A stretch of DNA of 64,000 nt, taken from NCBI GenBank assembly GCA_963719225.1, contig CAVRAY010000001.1:864001-928000 (forward strand). Direction: 5' to 3'. Positions within the stretch are counted from its first letter, which is position 1. Each line of letters starts with the position of its first letter. This stretch comes from Thermoanaerobaculia bacterium (GTDB lineage Bacteria > Acidobacteriota > Thermoanaerobaculia > UBA5066). A program made the translations under genes and the position numbers. Below the pieces are notes generated by a model. The model was given only the letters and a program-made list of their open reading frames with translations, did no database searches and was not told the origin of the DNA. Shown here in pieces: positions 29,719 through 39,693 of this stretch.

Positions 29719-30366
29719 GTGGAAGACCGAATCGGAGCGGCGGTGAAGACAGTTGCGATCGCGTTCGCCGCATGGTTCGCGGTCGACCGATTCCTGCCTT
29801 CGATTCCGCTCTCGTTCATCGCTCACGAGACCGCGCCCCTCCCGAACGCGCTCAAGGAACCCGTGCAGGGGGAGGGGTCCGCAGCGGAGTTCTCCGAGAC
29901 GCGACGCGGCCGCTCGTTCCGACTAACGCCGCGCGCCTCGTATGACGTGGCCGCGCGCGTCGCGTCGACGGAGCGCTATCGGGCCGGGCTCTCCGGTGAT
30001 CTTCTTCCATGGGACTTTGCGCTCGCCTGGGGAGCCGCGACGAGGGAGCCGGCCTGGTCGCACGTCTCCTACGTGCAGACGGGCCGCTTCTACAACTGGT
30101 CGACACACGATCGCTCGCTCGATCCCGCATACGTCTCGAGCCACACGGCGAACACGCACCTCATCGCGGCGACCGGGCGCATCAGATCGGTGCTCGGGCA
30201 CGTGCACCGAGGGGATGTCGTCCGCCTCGAGGGCGATCTCGTGGACGTGGACGGGCCGGACGGCTTCGTCTGGAAGACGAGCCTCAGCCGGATGGACACG
30301 GGGCCGGGCGCATGCGAGACGCTCTACGTTCGCGCGATCACAGTGGGAATGCGGCGCTACCGCTAG
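29719..30366 (+). CDS. conserved-looking hypothetical membrane-anchored protein
   Basis: N-terminal hydrophobic stretch; DFALAWG, ANTHLI, WKTSLSRMDTGPGACE; function unknown. Confidence 0.7.
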   Translation: MEDRIGAAVKTVAIAFAAWFAVDRFLPSIPLSFIAHETAPLPNALKEPVQGEGSAAEFSETRRGRSFRLTPRASYDVAARVASTERYRAGLSGDLLPWDFALAWGAATREPAWSHVSYVQTGRFYNWSTHDRSLDPAYVSSHTANTHLIAATGRIRSVLGHVHRGDVVRLEGDLVDVDGPDGFVWKTSLSRMDTGPGACETLYVRAITVGMRRYR

Positions 30367-31400
30367 GCCGAGAGCACGTTCTCGATCGCCGCGAGGACGT
30401 CCCCGGGGGTCACCCCCGTCATGCACGCGTGATCGATCGGGCAGACGTCGAACCGGCAGGGCGCGCAAAGCGTCCGTCGCCGGACGAGCGCGAGGCGGAC
30501 GGGTTTTCCGTCCGGGCGCGGCCCGTCCCACGGGCGCGTCGCGTCCGGGTCGGTCGAACCGAAGACGACGACCGTGGGCGTCCCGGCCGCGCTCGCGAGA
30601 TGGGCGAGGCCGGAGTCGTTGCCGAGGAAGAGCCGCGCCTCGGAGAGGATTCCGAGCGCTTCGGGCAGCGACGTCTGGCCTGAAAGGTCGAACATCGCGG
30701 CCTTTTTCGCGAGAGAGGCAGCCTGCGCATTGACTCCCCTCTCCCCCGAGCTCCCGAGAAGCACGACGGGAAGGCCGCGCCGCACGGCCATCGCCTCGAA
30801 GACCGCCGCATACCGCGCGAGGGCCCAGCGCTTGGCGGCGTGCGCGAAGGACGCGACGTGCGCGGCGACGAAGGCGCCCGGGACGCCCGCCGCCGCGAGG
30901 AGCGCGCGGCCCGCATCCCGTGTTTCGCGGGGCACGCCCCACGACACGTCCGGCGCGGCGGGACTCGCCGCCCCCGCCGCCGCGGCGAGACGGAGATGCC
31001 TCCAGACCTGATGTTCGCCCACTCCGAGACGGAGGCGGACGGCCCTCGTGAGGAGAAGGCTTCGGCCGTCGCCGCGAAAGCCGATCCTCTCCGGAATTCC
31101 CGCACGAGCGACGAGCAGCGCCGTCGAGAAGCTCGTCGGGAGGATCACGGCACGTTCGAAGCTCCTCTTTCGGATTTCTTCCACGACGCGCGAACGATCC
31201 GCCCCGGCGGCGCCTTCGTCGGGAGAGTGTTCGAACAGCACCTCGTCGACTTCGGCCGCGAGCCGGTACAGAGCCGCCACCCATGGGCGCGCGACGACGG
31301 CGAGATGGCCGCGTGGATCCGCGGCTTTGAGCGCGCGGAGAGCCGGGCGCGACATCACGACGTCGCCCACCCAGTTCGTCGCGCGAACGAGGGTCCTCAG
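30363..31400 (-). CDS. waaF: LPS heptosyltransferase II (GT9)
   Basis: LVRATNWVGDVVM, AKRW, DLSGQTSL, GNDSGLAHLA, FGST. The conserved N-terminus requires a start at CTG 31400, overlapping the upstream TGA. Confidence 0.9.
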   Translation of the reverse strand: MRTLVRATNWVGDVVMSRPALRALKAADPRGHLAVVARPWVAALYRLAAEVDEVLFEHSPDEGAAGADRSRVVEEIRKRSFERAVILPTSFSTALLVARAGIPERIGFRGDGRSLLLTRAVRLRLGVGEHQVWRHLRLAAAAGAASPAAPDVSWGVPRETRDAGRALLAAAGVPGAFVAAHVASFAHAAKRWALARYAAVFEAMAVRRGLPVVLLGSSGERGVNAQAASLAKKAAMFDLSGQTSLPEALGILSEARLFLGNDSGLAHLASAAGTPTVVVFGSTDPDATRPWDGPRPDGKPVRLALVRRRTLCAPCRFDVCPIDHACMTGVTPGDVLAAIENVLSA

Positions 31401-32464
31401 GTGCCGTCCCCTGTGCGCGCCCGCTCGAGCTCGGCCTCGACGGAAGCGACCGTCCGTTGGAGGGTGCGCCCGCTCGCCTTCGCGCGGCCCGCGGCGATCA
31501 GACGCGCCCTCTCTTCAGCGTCGGAGAGGAGAGAAAACGCGGCGGATTCCCACGCCTCGGGCGCCAGCGACGAGACGAGCGCGCCAGTCGCGCCGTGATC
31601 CGTGAGCTCCGGGATGCCGCCCACCGCGTGGGCCAGGACGGGACAGCCCGCGGCCATCGCCTCGACGAGCGCGAGCGGCGAGCCCTCGCTGTGGGACGGC
31701 AGGAGCAGGAGGTGGCTGGCGGCGAGAGTCGTGGCGACGTCCGCGACCTCGCCTGCGAAAGCGCAGCGGTCCGTGACGCCCGCCGCGGCGGCGCGGGCCT
31801 CGACGGCGGATCGCTGCGGCCCGGAGCCGAGAAACTGCATCGTCGCATCGACGCCGCGACGAACGAGCCGCGCCACGACGTCGACCGCGACGTCCTGCCC
31901 TTTCCGGCCGTCGAAAGCGCCGACGTGCACGAGCCGGAAGGGAGGAGCGGGCGGCACCGGAGCGTCGACGAAAGCCTCGGGAGGAAGCCCGTCGGGGACG
32001 ACGGAAATTCGCGCCGGCGGGATTCCGACCGCCTCGAGCGTTCTCGCCACGGCCGAAGAAACGGCGAGAAAGCGCTTGACGGCCCGGTATTTCGCGCGAG
32101 ACAAGGCATTCGGCGAGGGGCCGAAGACGACGCGCCGGTGAACGACGAGGGGCCGGCGCGAGGCCGCGCGACTCCAAACGGCCGCCCCGTGTCCGCGGGC
32201 GTCTCCCGCATAAACGACGTCCGGCCGGAAGCTCCGGGCTGCCCGGGAAACCAACAGAAGAAGAGAGGGCGAGGCTTCGGACCCGGGTGGCGCCTCCACG
32301 ATCTCGACCGCGCCACGATTCCGGAGAAGCTCGACGAGGGGAGCCCCGCGCCTCCCGACGAACCTGATCGCGTGGCCCCGTCGAGAGAGCTCTGCGAGAA
32401 GCAACGCCGTCTGCCTCTGTCCGCCGCGCAGGGAGGCGCCGAGGTCGAGGGCGAGCAGCCTCAC
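31397..32464 (-). CDS. family 4 glycosyltransferase
   Basis: RGGQRQ, AVS, RKGQD, PSHSEGSPLALVEAMAAG. Confidence 0.92.
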   Translation of the reverse strand: MRLLALDLGASLRGGQRQTALLLAELSRRGHAIRFVGRRGAPLVELLRNRGAVEIVEAPPGSEASPSLLLLVSRAARSFRPDVVYAGDARGHGAAVWSRAASRRPLVVHRRVVFGPSPNALSRAKYRAVKRFLAVSSAVARTLEAVGIPPARISVVPDGLPPEAFVDAPVPPAPPFRLVHVGAFDGRKGQDVAVDVVARLVRRGVDATMQFLGSGPQRSAVEARAAAAGVTDRCAFAGEVADVATTLAASHLLLLPSHSEGSPLALVEAMAAGCPVLAHAVGGIPELTDHGATGALVSSLAPEAWESAAFSLLSDAEERARLIAAGRAKASGRTLQRTVASVEAELERARTGDGT

Positions 32465-32513
32465 GCGGGGAAGAATAGCGCCCGCGCGCGCGACGCCTGA
32501 TAATGTCGTTGCC

Positions 32514-33311
32514 GTGCGCGCGCCGCTCTCCGTCGTTCTCCTCGTGAAGAACGAGCAGGACCGGTTGGGGGACGCGCTCGAGTCCGTCGACTTCGCGGAC
32601 GAAATCGTCGTGGCGGACACCGGCTCGACGGACGACACCGCCCGTGTCGCGCGCTTCGGCGGGGCCCGCGTGGAGTCGATCGGCTGGGAAGGATTCGTCG
32701 CGTCACGCAACCGGGCGCTCGCGGAAGCCCGACACGACTGGGTCCTCGTCCTCGACGCGGACGAGCGGGTTTCCCCTTCGCTTCGCGGGGAGATCCTCGC
32801 CGCTCTCGGGCGAGATGATCCGGCGATCTCCGGCTATCGGATGCCGCGTCTCTCGCATTTTCTCGGCCAGGCCGTGCGGCACGGCACGTGGTACCCCGAT
32901 TACAAGCTTCGTCTCGCACGCCGGTCTCGGGGACTGCGGGCCGAGGGCGGCCGGGTACACGAGGTGCTCGTCGTCGACGGGACGACGGAGAAGTTCGCGG
33001 CGCCCCTCCTCCATCATCCCTATCGGGATCTGTCGGACGCGCTTCGAAAGGCGTCGACGTACGCGCGGCTCGGCGCTCACGACCGCTACGACCGAGGGGC
33101 CCGCGGGAGCGTGACCGGGCTTTTCCTTCGGCCGCTCGTCGAGTTCTTTCGATACCTCGTTCTGAGGGCGGGTTTCCGAGACGGGCTCGTGGGCTTCTAC
33201 GTTGCGTTTCTCCATTCGTTTTCGTATTTTTTGCGCGCCGCTTTCCTGCTCGAGATTCAACGGCGCCGTCCGACTGAGCGAAGCGGGCGCCAGAAGGAGA
33301 TTCCGACATGA
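32514..33311 (+). CDS. family 2 glycosyltransferase (WaaE/KdtX-like LPS core enzyme)
   Basis: LSVVLLVKNE, DTGSTD, LDADE, WYPDY, VHE. Confidence 0.92.
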   Translation: MRAPLSVVLLVKNEQDRLGDALESVDFADEIVVADTGSTDDTARVARFGGARVESIGWEGFVASRNRALAEARHDWVLVLDADERVSPSLRGEILAALGRDDPAISGYRMPRLSHFLGQAVRHGTWYPDYKLRLARRSRGLRAEGGRVHEVLVVDGTTEKFAAPLLHHPYRDLSDALRKASTYARLGAHDRYDRGARGSVTGLFLRPLVEFFRYLVLRAGFRDGLVGFYVAFLHSFSYFLRAAFLLEIQRRRPTERSGRQKEIPT

Positions 33312-33670
33312 AGCTCATGAGGGCCCCCTCGCTGCGCGGCGCGCTTGCGCTCGCCGCCGTTTCGGTTCTGGTCCTCGGCGGTTGCGCGAAAACCGAAGAG
33401 AAAGGGCCGATGGAAAAGGCCGGCGCCGCCGCCGACAAAGCCGTCGAGAAGGTCAGGACCGTGTCGACAGACGCCGCCAAGGCGGCGTCGACGGCCGCAG
33501 CGTCGCTGAGCCAGGCGGCCGAGAAGGCGAAGGCGGGAGCCGCGGAGATGACGGCGACGGCCGGCGCCGCGATGGAGAAAGCCGGCGCGAAGGTCGGGGC
33601 CGCGGCCGAGAAGACCGCCGAGAAGTCGAGGACGGCCGCTGCCGCGACCCCGGCTCCTCCGAAGAAGTAA
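33308..33670 (+). CDS. Ala/Lys-rich lipoprotein
   Basis: Lipobox LGGC followed by low-complexity amphipathic repeats (MEKAGA occurs twice). Confidence 0.8.
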   Translation: MKLMRAPSLRGALALAAVSVLVLGGCAKTEEKGPMEKAGAAADKAVEKVRTVSTDAAKAASTAAASLSQAAEKAKAGAAEMTATAGAAMEKAGAKVGAAAEKTAEKSRTAAAATPAPPKK

Positions 33671-33675
33671 GACCC

Positions 33676-34389
33676 GTTCCGAGCTTCCGCTCCCTCGACA
33701 GAATCGCGGCCGAAATCGTCGCCTGCCGCGCCTGCCCGCGCCTCGTCGCCTGGCGGGAGGAAGCGGCGGATCACCCCCCTCGCCGTTTCCGGGGCCAGCG
33801 ATACTGGGCACGGCCGGTTCCCGGATTCGGCGAGCCCGGCGCCCGGCTTCTCGTCGTCGGCCTCGCGCCGGCGGCGCACGGAGGAAACCGGACCGGGCGC
33901 ATCTTCACCGGCGACTCGTCCGGCGACTTTCTCTTCGCCGCCCTGTATCGAGCGGGCTTCGCGAACCAGCCCGTCTCCGTGTCGCGGGAGGACGGCCTCG
34001 CGCTGCGCGACGCCTGGATCGCGGCGTCCGTGCGCTGCGCCCCGCCGGACAACAGGCCCACGCCGCGCGAGTTCGCGACCTGCCGCCCGTTCCTCGTCCG
34101 CGAAATCGCCGCGCTGGAAAACCTGCGCGTCGTTCTCGCCCTCGGCGCCCTCGCGTGGCGGTCGGCCCTGGAAGCGCTCGAAAAGAACGAGGTCGTGATC
34201 CCGCGCCCGCGTCCGGCGTTCGCGCACGGCGCGGAGGTCGATCTGGGCGGCGTGACCCTCTTCGGCTCGTACCACGTCAGCCAGCAGAACACGAACACGG
34301 GGCGGCTGACGGCGGCGATGTTCGATGGGATTCTGAAGCGAGTTAAGAGGGAAATGGGGGAACGGAAGAAAGATTTTCTTAGAAGGTAA
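33676..34389 (+). CDS. uracil-DNA glycosylase family 5 (UdgB-like; start codon not evident)
   Basis: CRACPRL, GLAPAAHGGNRTGRIFTGD, RCAPPDNRP, YHVSQQNT. Confidence 0.92.
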   Translation, partial: VPSFRSLDRIAAEIVACRACPRLVAWREEAADHPPRRFRGQRYWARPVPGFGEPGARLLVVGLAPAAHGGNRTGRIFTGDSSGDFLFAALYRAGFANQPVSVSREDGLALRDAWIAASVRCAPPDNRPTPREFATCRPFLVREIAALENLRVVLALGALAWRSALEALEKNEVVIPRPRPAFAHGAEVDLGGVTLFGSYHVSQQNTNTGRLTAAMFDGILKRVKREMGERKKDFLRR

Positions 34390-34498
34390 TTAGGCCGGCG
34401 GGCCATGCCGGCCATGGTGGAAGCTCTTCGGCGCATCTAGCGCCGGGTCCAATTCACTTTCTAAGAAACACGCCCATTACCTCTGCGTATCAGCCCCC

Positions 34499-35647
34499 AT
34501 GAAACGAAACAAACGAGCCTTCGCACTCCCCGCTCTAGCCGCATTCGTCATTCTTTTCGCGTTCTCGGCCCCCGCCCAGCCCCATTACCTCCCCGCCAGC
34601 GGGGACAACCAGCGCGCCTCGGTGACGCAGCAGGTCGGGCCGGTCACGGTTACGATCTCGTATGCGAGTCCCCGCGTCGTCCTCAAGGGCAACGACCGGC
34701 GGGGGAAGATCTGGGGCAAGCTGGTCCCGTACGGCCTCACGGAGCTCGACTTCAACGACTGCAAGTCCTGCCCCTGGCGCGCGGGGGCGAACGAGAACAC
34801 GATCTTCACCGTCTCGGACGAGGTGAAGGTGCAGGGCAAGTCCCTGCCGGCGGGCTCGTACGGCCTCTTCGCGATCACGGGTCCCGACGAGTGGACGTTC
34901 GTTTTCTCGAAGAACGCGACGTCCTGGGGAAGCTACTGGTACGACCCGAAGGAGGACGCCCTCCGGGTGACGGCGAAGCCCGGGAAGGGCGAGTACCACG
35001 AGTGGCTCACGTACGACTTCACGGAGCGTGAGCCGGCCAAGGCGACGGTCGCCTTGAAGTGGGAGGAATTGCAGGTCCCGCTCGCAATCACCGTGGACGA
35101 CGTGAACGCCAGGTGGGTCGCGAAGCTGAAGGACGAGCTGCGCGGCTACACAGGTTTCTATTGGGAGAACTGGCAAAGGGCGGCGGACTACTGCCTGCGA
35201 AACAAGATCGCCCTTCCCGAGGCGCTCGACTGGGCTCAGCGCGGAGCCGGGCCGAACTTCGGCGGGGAAAACCAGATCGCCGCGGTGGCGACACTCGCGC
35301 GCGCGCAGGAGGCGAACGGCAAGACCGCCGAGGCCGCGAAGACGTGGGACAAGGCCATCAACCTGCCGGGAGCGACGGCCGTCCAGATCCACCAGGTCGG
35401 GCGCTCTCTCCTGAACGAGGGCAAGCCCCAGCAGGCCCTGAGCATCTTCCAGACGAACGCGAAGCGCTTCCCGGACAAATGGCCCGTGCACGTCGGGCTC
35501 ATGCGCGGCTACGCGGGCGTCGGCGACGCGAAGAAGGCGCTCGAGGAAGGACGGCTCGCGCTCAAGCAGGCGCCGGACGAGGGGAACAAGAAGGTCCTTG
35601 CGGAAGCGATCGCCAAGCTGGAAAAAGGAGATACGAAGATTAATTAG
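34499..35647 (+). CDS. exported DUF2911-domain protein with TPR-like C-terminus
   Basis: Signal peptide; VTISYASP, IWGKLVPYG, WRAGANENT, LPAGSYGLF; helical repeats. Confidence 0.88.
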   Translation: MKRNKRAFALPALAAFVILFAFSAPAQPHYLPASGDNQRASVTQQVGPVTVTISYASPRVVLKGNDRRGKIWGKLVPYGLTELDFNDCKSCPWRAGANENTIFTVSDEVKVQGKSLPAGSYGLFAITGPDEWTFVFSKNATSWGSYWYDPKEDALRVTAKPGKGEYHEWLTYDFTEREPAKATVALKWEELQVPLAITVDDVNARWVAKLKDELRGYTGFYWENWQRAADYCLRNKIALPEALDWAQRGAGPNFGGENQIAAVATLARAQEANGKTAEAAKTWDKAINLPGATAVQIHQVGRSLLNEGKPQQALSIFQTNAKRFPDKWPVHVGLMRGYAGVGDAKKALEEGRLALKQAPDEGNKKVLAEAIAKLEKGDTKIN

Positions 35648-35698
35648 GAGATGCGCTCGCCGCGCCGCTGGAGGCGATGGCGGGGTAAACTAAAACAC

Positions 35699-37207
35699 GT
35701 GGTTGGGGCCGCCCGGAGCGAACTGAAAGACAAGTTCCGGGACGAGTGCGGGGTCTTCGGGATCTTCGGCCACGCGGACGCGGCGAACCTGACGTATCTC
35801 GGCCTCTATGCGATGCAGCACCGGGGGCAGGAGTCCGCGGGCATCGTCACGTGGACGGGCCAGCGGTTTGCCGTCGAAAAACAGATGGGATACGTCGCCG
35901 ACATCTTCGACGAGGCCCGGCTTTCCCGGTTGCCCGGCTCGTCGGCGATCGGCCACGTGAGGTATTCGACGACGGGAGAGTCGCTCCTCGAGAACGCGCA
36001 GCCCATCGTCTACAACACGAACAAGGGCCCGCTCGCGGTCGCCCACAACGGAAACCTCGTGAACGCCGTGGAGATCCGCGCCGAGCTGGAGGAAGAAGGC
36101 TCGATCTTCACGACGAGCTCGGACACCGAAGTGTTCCTCCATCTCATGGCGCGCTCCCGCGTCGAGGACGTCGTGGGGGCACTGCGCGAGGCCCTCGCGC
36201 GCGTGCGCGGCGCCTACTCGATCGTCCTCCTCGCCAAAGATCGCGTGATCGCGGTGCGGGATCCCCAGGGCATCCGGCCCCTGACGCTCGGCCGGCTTCG
36301 GGTCGACGGGGCGCCCGATGCGCGCGTCGTGGCCTCGGAAACCTGCGCGTTCGATCTCATCGACGCGGAGCCCCTGCGCGACGTCGAGCCCGGGGAGATC
36401 GTCGTCTTCGACGCGGGAGGAACCGCCTCGGCCTCGTTCGCGATGGGCCAGCGGACGGCCTTCTGCATTTTCGAGCACGTCTACTTCGCCCGCCCCGACT
36501 CCTCCGTGTTCGGGAAGTCCGTCGCGGAGTCGCGCCGTGCCTTCGGCCGGCGGCTCGCGCGCGAGCATCCGGTCCCGGCCGACGTGGTGGTGCCGGTGCC
36601 CGACTCGGGTGTCTTCGCGGCGCTCGGATTCGCCGAGGAGAGCGGGATCCCTTACGGAATGGGGCTCGTGCGCAACCACTACGTGGGGCGCACGTTCATC
36701 GAGCCGAAACAGGCGATTCGGCATTTCGGCGTCAAGGTGAAGCTGAATCCGGTCCGCTCCGTGGTGGCGGGCAAGCGCGTCGTCCTCGTGGACGACTCGA
36801 TCGTGCGCGGCACGACGTCGAAGAAGATCGTCAAGATGCTCAAGGCCGCGGGAGCGAGCGAGGTCCACATGCGCATCTCGTCGCCGCCCACGATGAACCC
36901 GTGCCACTACGGGATCGATACTCCGCGGCGGAAAGAGCTCATCGCCGCGACGAAGGATCTCGAGGCGACGCGCAAGTTCATCGAGGCCGACTCGCTCGGA
37001 TACCTGTCGCTCGAGGGCATGCTCACGGCGTTCGGACGCGCCGAGAACGAGGCGTGCGCGGCCTGCTTCTCGGGCCGATACCCGATTCCGCTCACGGTGC
37101 CCGATCCTCAGGCCACGCTCTTCCCCTCCGACGAGCCGCGCGAAGACGTCTCCGGAGAGAAGCCCGGCCAGATCTTCCCACGGCTCGTGCGCGCCTCAGA
37201 GCCCTGA
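35699..37207 (+). CDS. purF: amidophosphoribosyltransferase
   Basis: ECGVFG, QHRGQESAG, GHVRYST, HNGN, CIFEHVYF, VDDSIVRGTT. Confidence 0.97.
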   Translation: MVGAARSELKDKFRDECGVFGIFGHADAANLTYLGLYAMQHRGQESAGIVTWTGQRFAVEKQMGYVADIFDEARLSRLPGSSAIGHVRYSTTGESLLENAQPIVYNTNKGPLAVAHNGNLVNAVEIRAELEEEGSIFTTSSDTEVFLHLMARSRVEDVVGALREALARVRGAYSIVLLAKDRVIAVRDPQGIRPLTLGRLRVDGAPDARVVASETCAFDLIDAEPLRDVEPGEIVVFDAGGTASASFAMGQRTAFCIFEHVYFARPDSSVFGKSVAESRRAFGRRLAREHPVPADVVVPVPDSGVFAALGFAEESGIPYGMGLVRNHYVGRTFIEPKQAIRHFGVKVKLNPVRSVVAGKRVVLVDDSIVRGTTSKKIVKMLKAAGASEVHMRISSPPTMNPCHYGIDTPRRKELIAATKDLEATRKFIEADSLGYLSLEGMLTAFGRAENEACAACFSGRYPIPLTVPDPQATLFPSDEPREDVSGEKPGQIFPRLVRASEP

Positions 37208-37221
37208 CGGCTGCTTCGGAC

Positions 37222-37545
37222 GTGGCCGCAGATTCGCTCGAATTCTCGACGGAGGACGACGGCCGAAGCGTGCGTCTGCGCCTGCGCGTTTCGGCGGGAG
37301 CCTCGCGGCGCCGCGTGCTCGGGGCCCACGGGGGCGCGCTCAAGCTGTCGGTGAAGGCTCCTCCCGAGAAGGGCAGGGCGAACAGGGACGTCGTCTCCCT
37401 CGTCGCCGAGGCCTTCGGCCTCGCGGCGTCGGACGTCACGATCCTCTCGGGAGAAACGTCCCCCGACAAAGTCGTCAGGCTCGCGCTTTCTCCCCGTGAA
37501 GCCGCCGTCCGGTGCCGGAGCGCCCTGCTACGATCCGCGCCGTGA
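37222..37545 (+). CDS. DUF167 (YggU) family protein
   Basis: LKLSVKAPPEKGRAN, ILSGETSPDK. Confidence 0.88.
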   Translation: MAADSLEFSTEDDGRSVRLRLRVSAGASRRRVLGAHGGALKLSVKAPPEKGRANRDVVSLVAEAFGLAASDVTILSGETSPDKVVRLALSPREAAVRCRSALLRSAP

Positions 37546-38583
37546 CGGATCCCCGCCGGTCGACCTACGCGGATGCCGGCGTCGACATCGACGCGAAGAT
37601 GGGCGCCATCGCGCGCGCGAAAGACGCGATCCGCTCCACGTTCACGAAGGGCGTGGTGGGCGACGTCGGGGGATTCGGCGGCCTCTTCCGTCCGGATTTC
37701 GCCGGGATGTCCGACCCGCTCCTCGTCGCCTCGGCCGACGGAGTCGGTACGAAGCTGAAGGTCGCGATCGCCGCGGGAGTGCACGGGACCGTGGGGCAGG
37801 ACCTCGTCAACCACTGCGTGAACGACATCCTCGTCCAGGGCGCCAGCCCGCTTTTTTCTCGACTACATCGCGACCGGGAAGATGAAGCCGGAGATCGTCG
37901 GCCAGGTCCTGGAGGGACTCGCGAGAGCCTGCCGGGAAAACGGGTGCGCTCTCCTGGGAGGAGAGACTGCGGAAATGCCGGGCATGTACGCCGAGGGCGA
38001 CTACGACCTCGCGGGCACGATCGTGGGAGTCGTGGATCGGCCGAGGCTCCTCGACGGGACGAAGGTCAAAGAAGGAGACTTGCTGATCGGTCTTCCCTCT
38101 TCGGGTCTCCATACGAATGGATACTCGCTGGCGCGGAAGATTCTCTTCGAAGGTCTGGGGATGGCGCCGCAGACGGAGCTCCCGGAGCTCGGGGGCGAGA
38201 CGATTGCTTCGGCGCTGCTCGCTGTGCATCGAAGCTATCTCTCTTGCGTTCTTCCACTCGTAGAAAACTCTCTTCTCTCGGCGATGTCCCACATCACCGG
38301 CGGCGGCTTTCCGGACAACATCCCGCGCGTCCTGCCCGAGGGCCTCGACGCCGTCGTCCACCCCAGCGCCTGGAGCCTGCCCCCCCTCTTCCGATTACTG
38401 GAGGACAAGGGACGCATCGCGCCCGCCGAGATGCTTCGCGTCTTCAACTGCGGGATCGGGATGGTCCTGATCATCCCGCCGGCGCGGGGCCTCGAGGTCA
38501 AGACGAGGCTGGACGCGAGCGGGGAGGACTGGAAGCAGATCGGGCGCGTTCAAAAAGGCGAGCGGAAGGTCCGCTTCGTGTGA
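37542..38583 (+). CDS. purM: AIR synthetase (frameshift at the T-run 37852-37857)
   Basis: YADAGVDI, DGVGTK, VNDILVQGASP, then DY...GGETAEMPG, SSGLHTNGYS, HITGGG, FNCGIG in another frame. Confidence 0.95.
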
Positions 38584-38585
38584 CG

Positions 38586-39251
38586 ATGGATGCTGCGGCG
38601 CCCGTCGGGACGCAGCCGAGGCCCCTCGTCCCGTTGCCGGCCCGCCTGGCCGTCCTGCTGTCCGGACGCGGTTCGAACTTCGAGGCCCTCGCGGACGCCT
38701 GTGAACGCGGGGAGATCCCCGCGCGAATCGTTCTGGTGGTCTCGGACGTTCCGATGGCGCCAGGACTCGCAAAGGCAAGGGCGCGGGGGATTTCTTCGAA
38801 GGTAATTGGAACGGGGCCGACGCGGACGCGCGCCGAGCGGGAAGCGGAGCTGGGCGACTCCCTTCTCGAAGCCCGCGCAGACCTTATCTGCCTCGCGGGC
38901 TTCATGCGCATCCTGTCGGCTCCCTTCATCGCGCGTTGGCCCCTTCGCATCCTGAACGTGCATCCCTCTCTCCTGCCGTCGTTTCCGGGCCTGGAGGCCC
39001 AGACGCAGGCGCTCGATTACGGCGTCCGCGTCACTGGCGCGACGGTGCATTTCGTCGACGCCGGCACCGACACGGGGCCGATCGTCGCGCAGGCCGCCGT
39101 GCCGGTACACCCGGGGGACGACGCGAATGCGCTCGCGGCCCGGATCCTGCCGGTGGAACACACCCTTTACGTCGCCGCTCTCCGCCGCGTGCTCGAGGGC
39201 GGCTGGGGGCTCTCCGGCCGGAGAGTGACATTCCCCGGGAGCGGAACGTGA
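38586..39251 (+). CDS. purN: phosphoribosylglycinamide formyltransferase
   Basis: SGRGSN, LAGFMRIL, NVHPSLLP, GATVHFV, DTGPI. Confidence 0.96.
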   Translation: MDAAAPVGTQPRPLVPLPARLAVLLSGRGSNFEALADACERGEIPARIVLVVSDVPMAPGLAKARARGISSKVIGTGPTRTRAEREAELGDSLLEARADLICLAGFMRILSAPFIARWPLRILNVHPSLLPSFPGLEAQTQALDYGVRVTGATVHFVDAGTDTGPIVAQAAVPVHPGDDANALAARILPVEHTLYVAALRRVLEGGWGLSGRRVTFPGSGT

Positions 39252-39525
39252 CGAGAATCCCACTTTCGAGGGATTGCTCCCGGCGCCCCAGAACCCTACC
39301 TTTGAACAGCTTCTGAAATGCGATGGCTAAGGTTGCGGCGGTTGGGAGCCCCGCCCCGGAAGGCCTCCGATTTCAGCGATTCGAAGCCCGTTCTTTAGCA
39401 CATGGGGCTCGGTTCGATCGGGGAAGCGGGGCCGCCCTCACCCCGCCTTCCTCCCGGTCCAAACCGGAGCCGCTCGACGCCTCGAGCCCCTGTGCATTCT
39501 TTGCCCTGATCCCTGTGCATTAGCC

Positions 39526-39554
39526 TTGACGAGGGGCGTCTATAGGCCTATGTT
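39526..39554 (+). promoter_or_regulatory. putative rrn promoter P1
   Basis: TTGACG-N17-TATGTT. Confidence 0.65.
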
Positions 39555-39664
39555 CCGTACCCCTGCATAGAGAATGCGGGGGCAGTTCTTTGGTCGCGGA
39601 TCGGAAAAAGTCAGCAGAACGTAGCAGAAACGTCAGAAACGCAAAGCTTCCACGGTTTTTTGAC

Positions 39665-39693
39665 TTGACGCCGCGGAATGCTTCTGCCAGTAT
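39665..39693 (+). promoter_or_regulatory. putative rrn promoter P2, followed by boxA-like GCTCCTTGAAAAC at 39721
   Basis: TTGACG-N17-CAGTAT with a T-rich upstream tract. The downstream GAAAACTGAACAGAGA can pair with TCTCTGTTCAGTTT after the 16S gene (processing stalk). Confidence 0.6.

Noticed and set aside
37512-39251. Apparent PurM-PurN fusion ORF (579 aa)
   Set aside because: The middle section is an off-frame translation caused by the purM frameshift; the true PurM C-terminal part is in frame 37882..38583.
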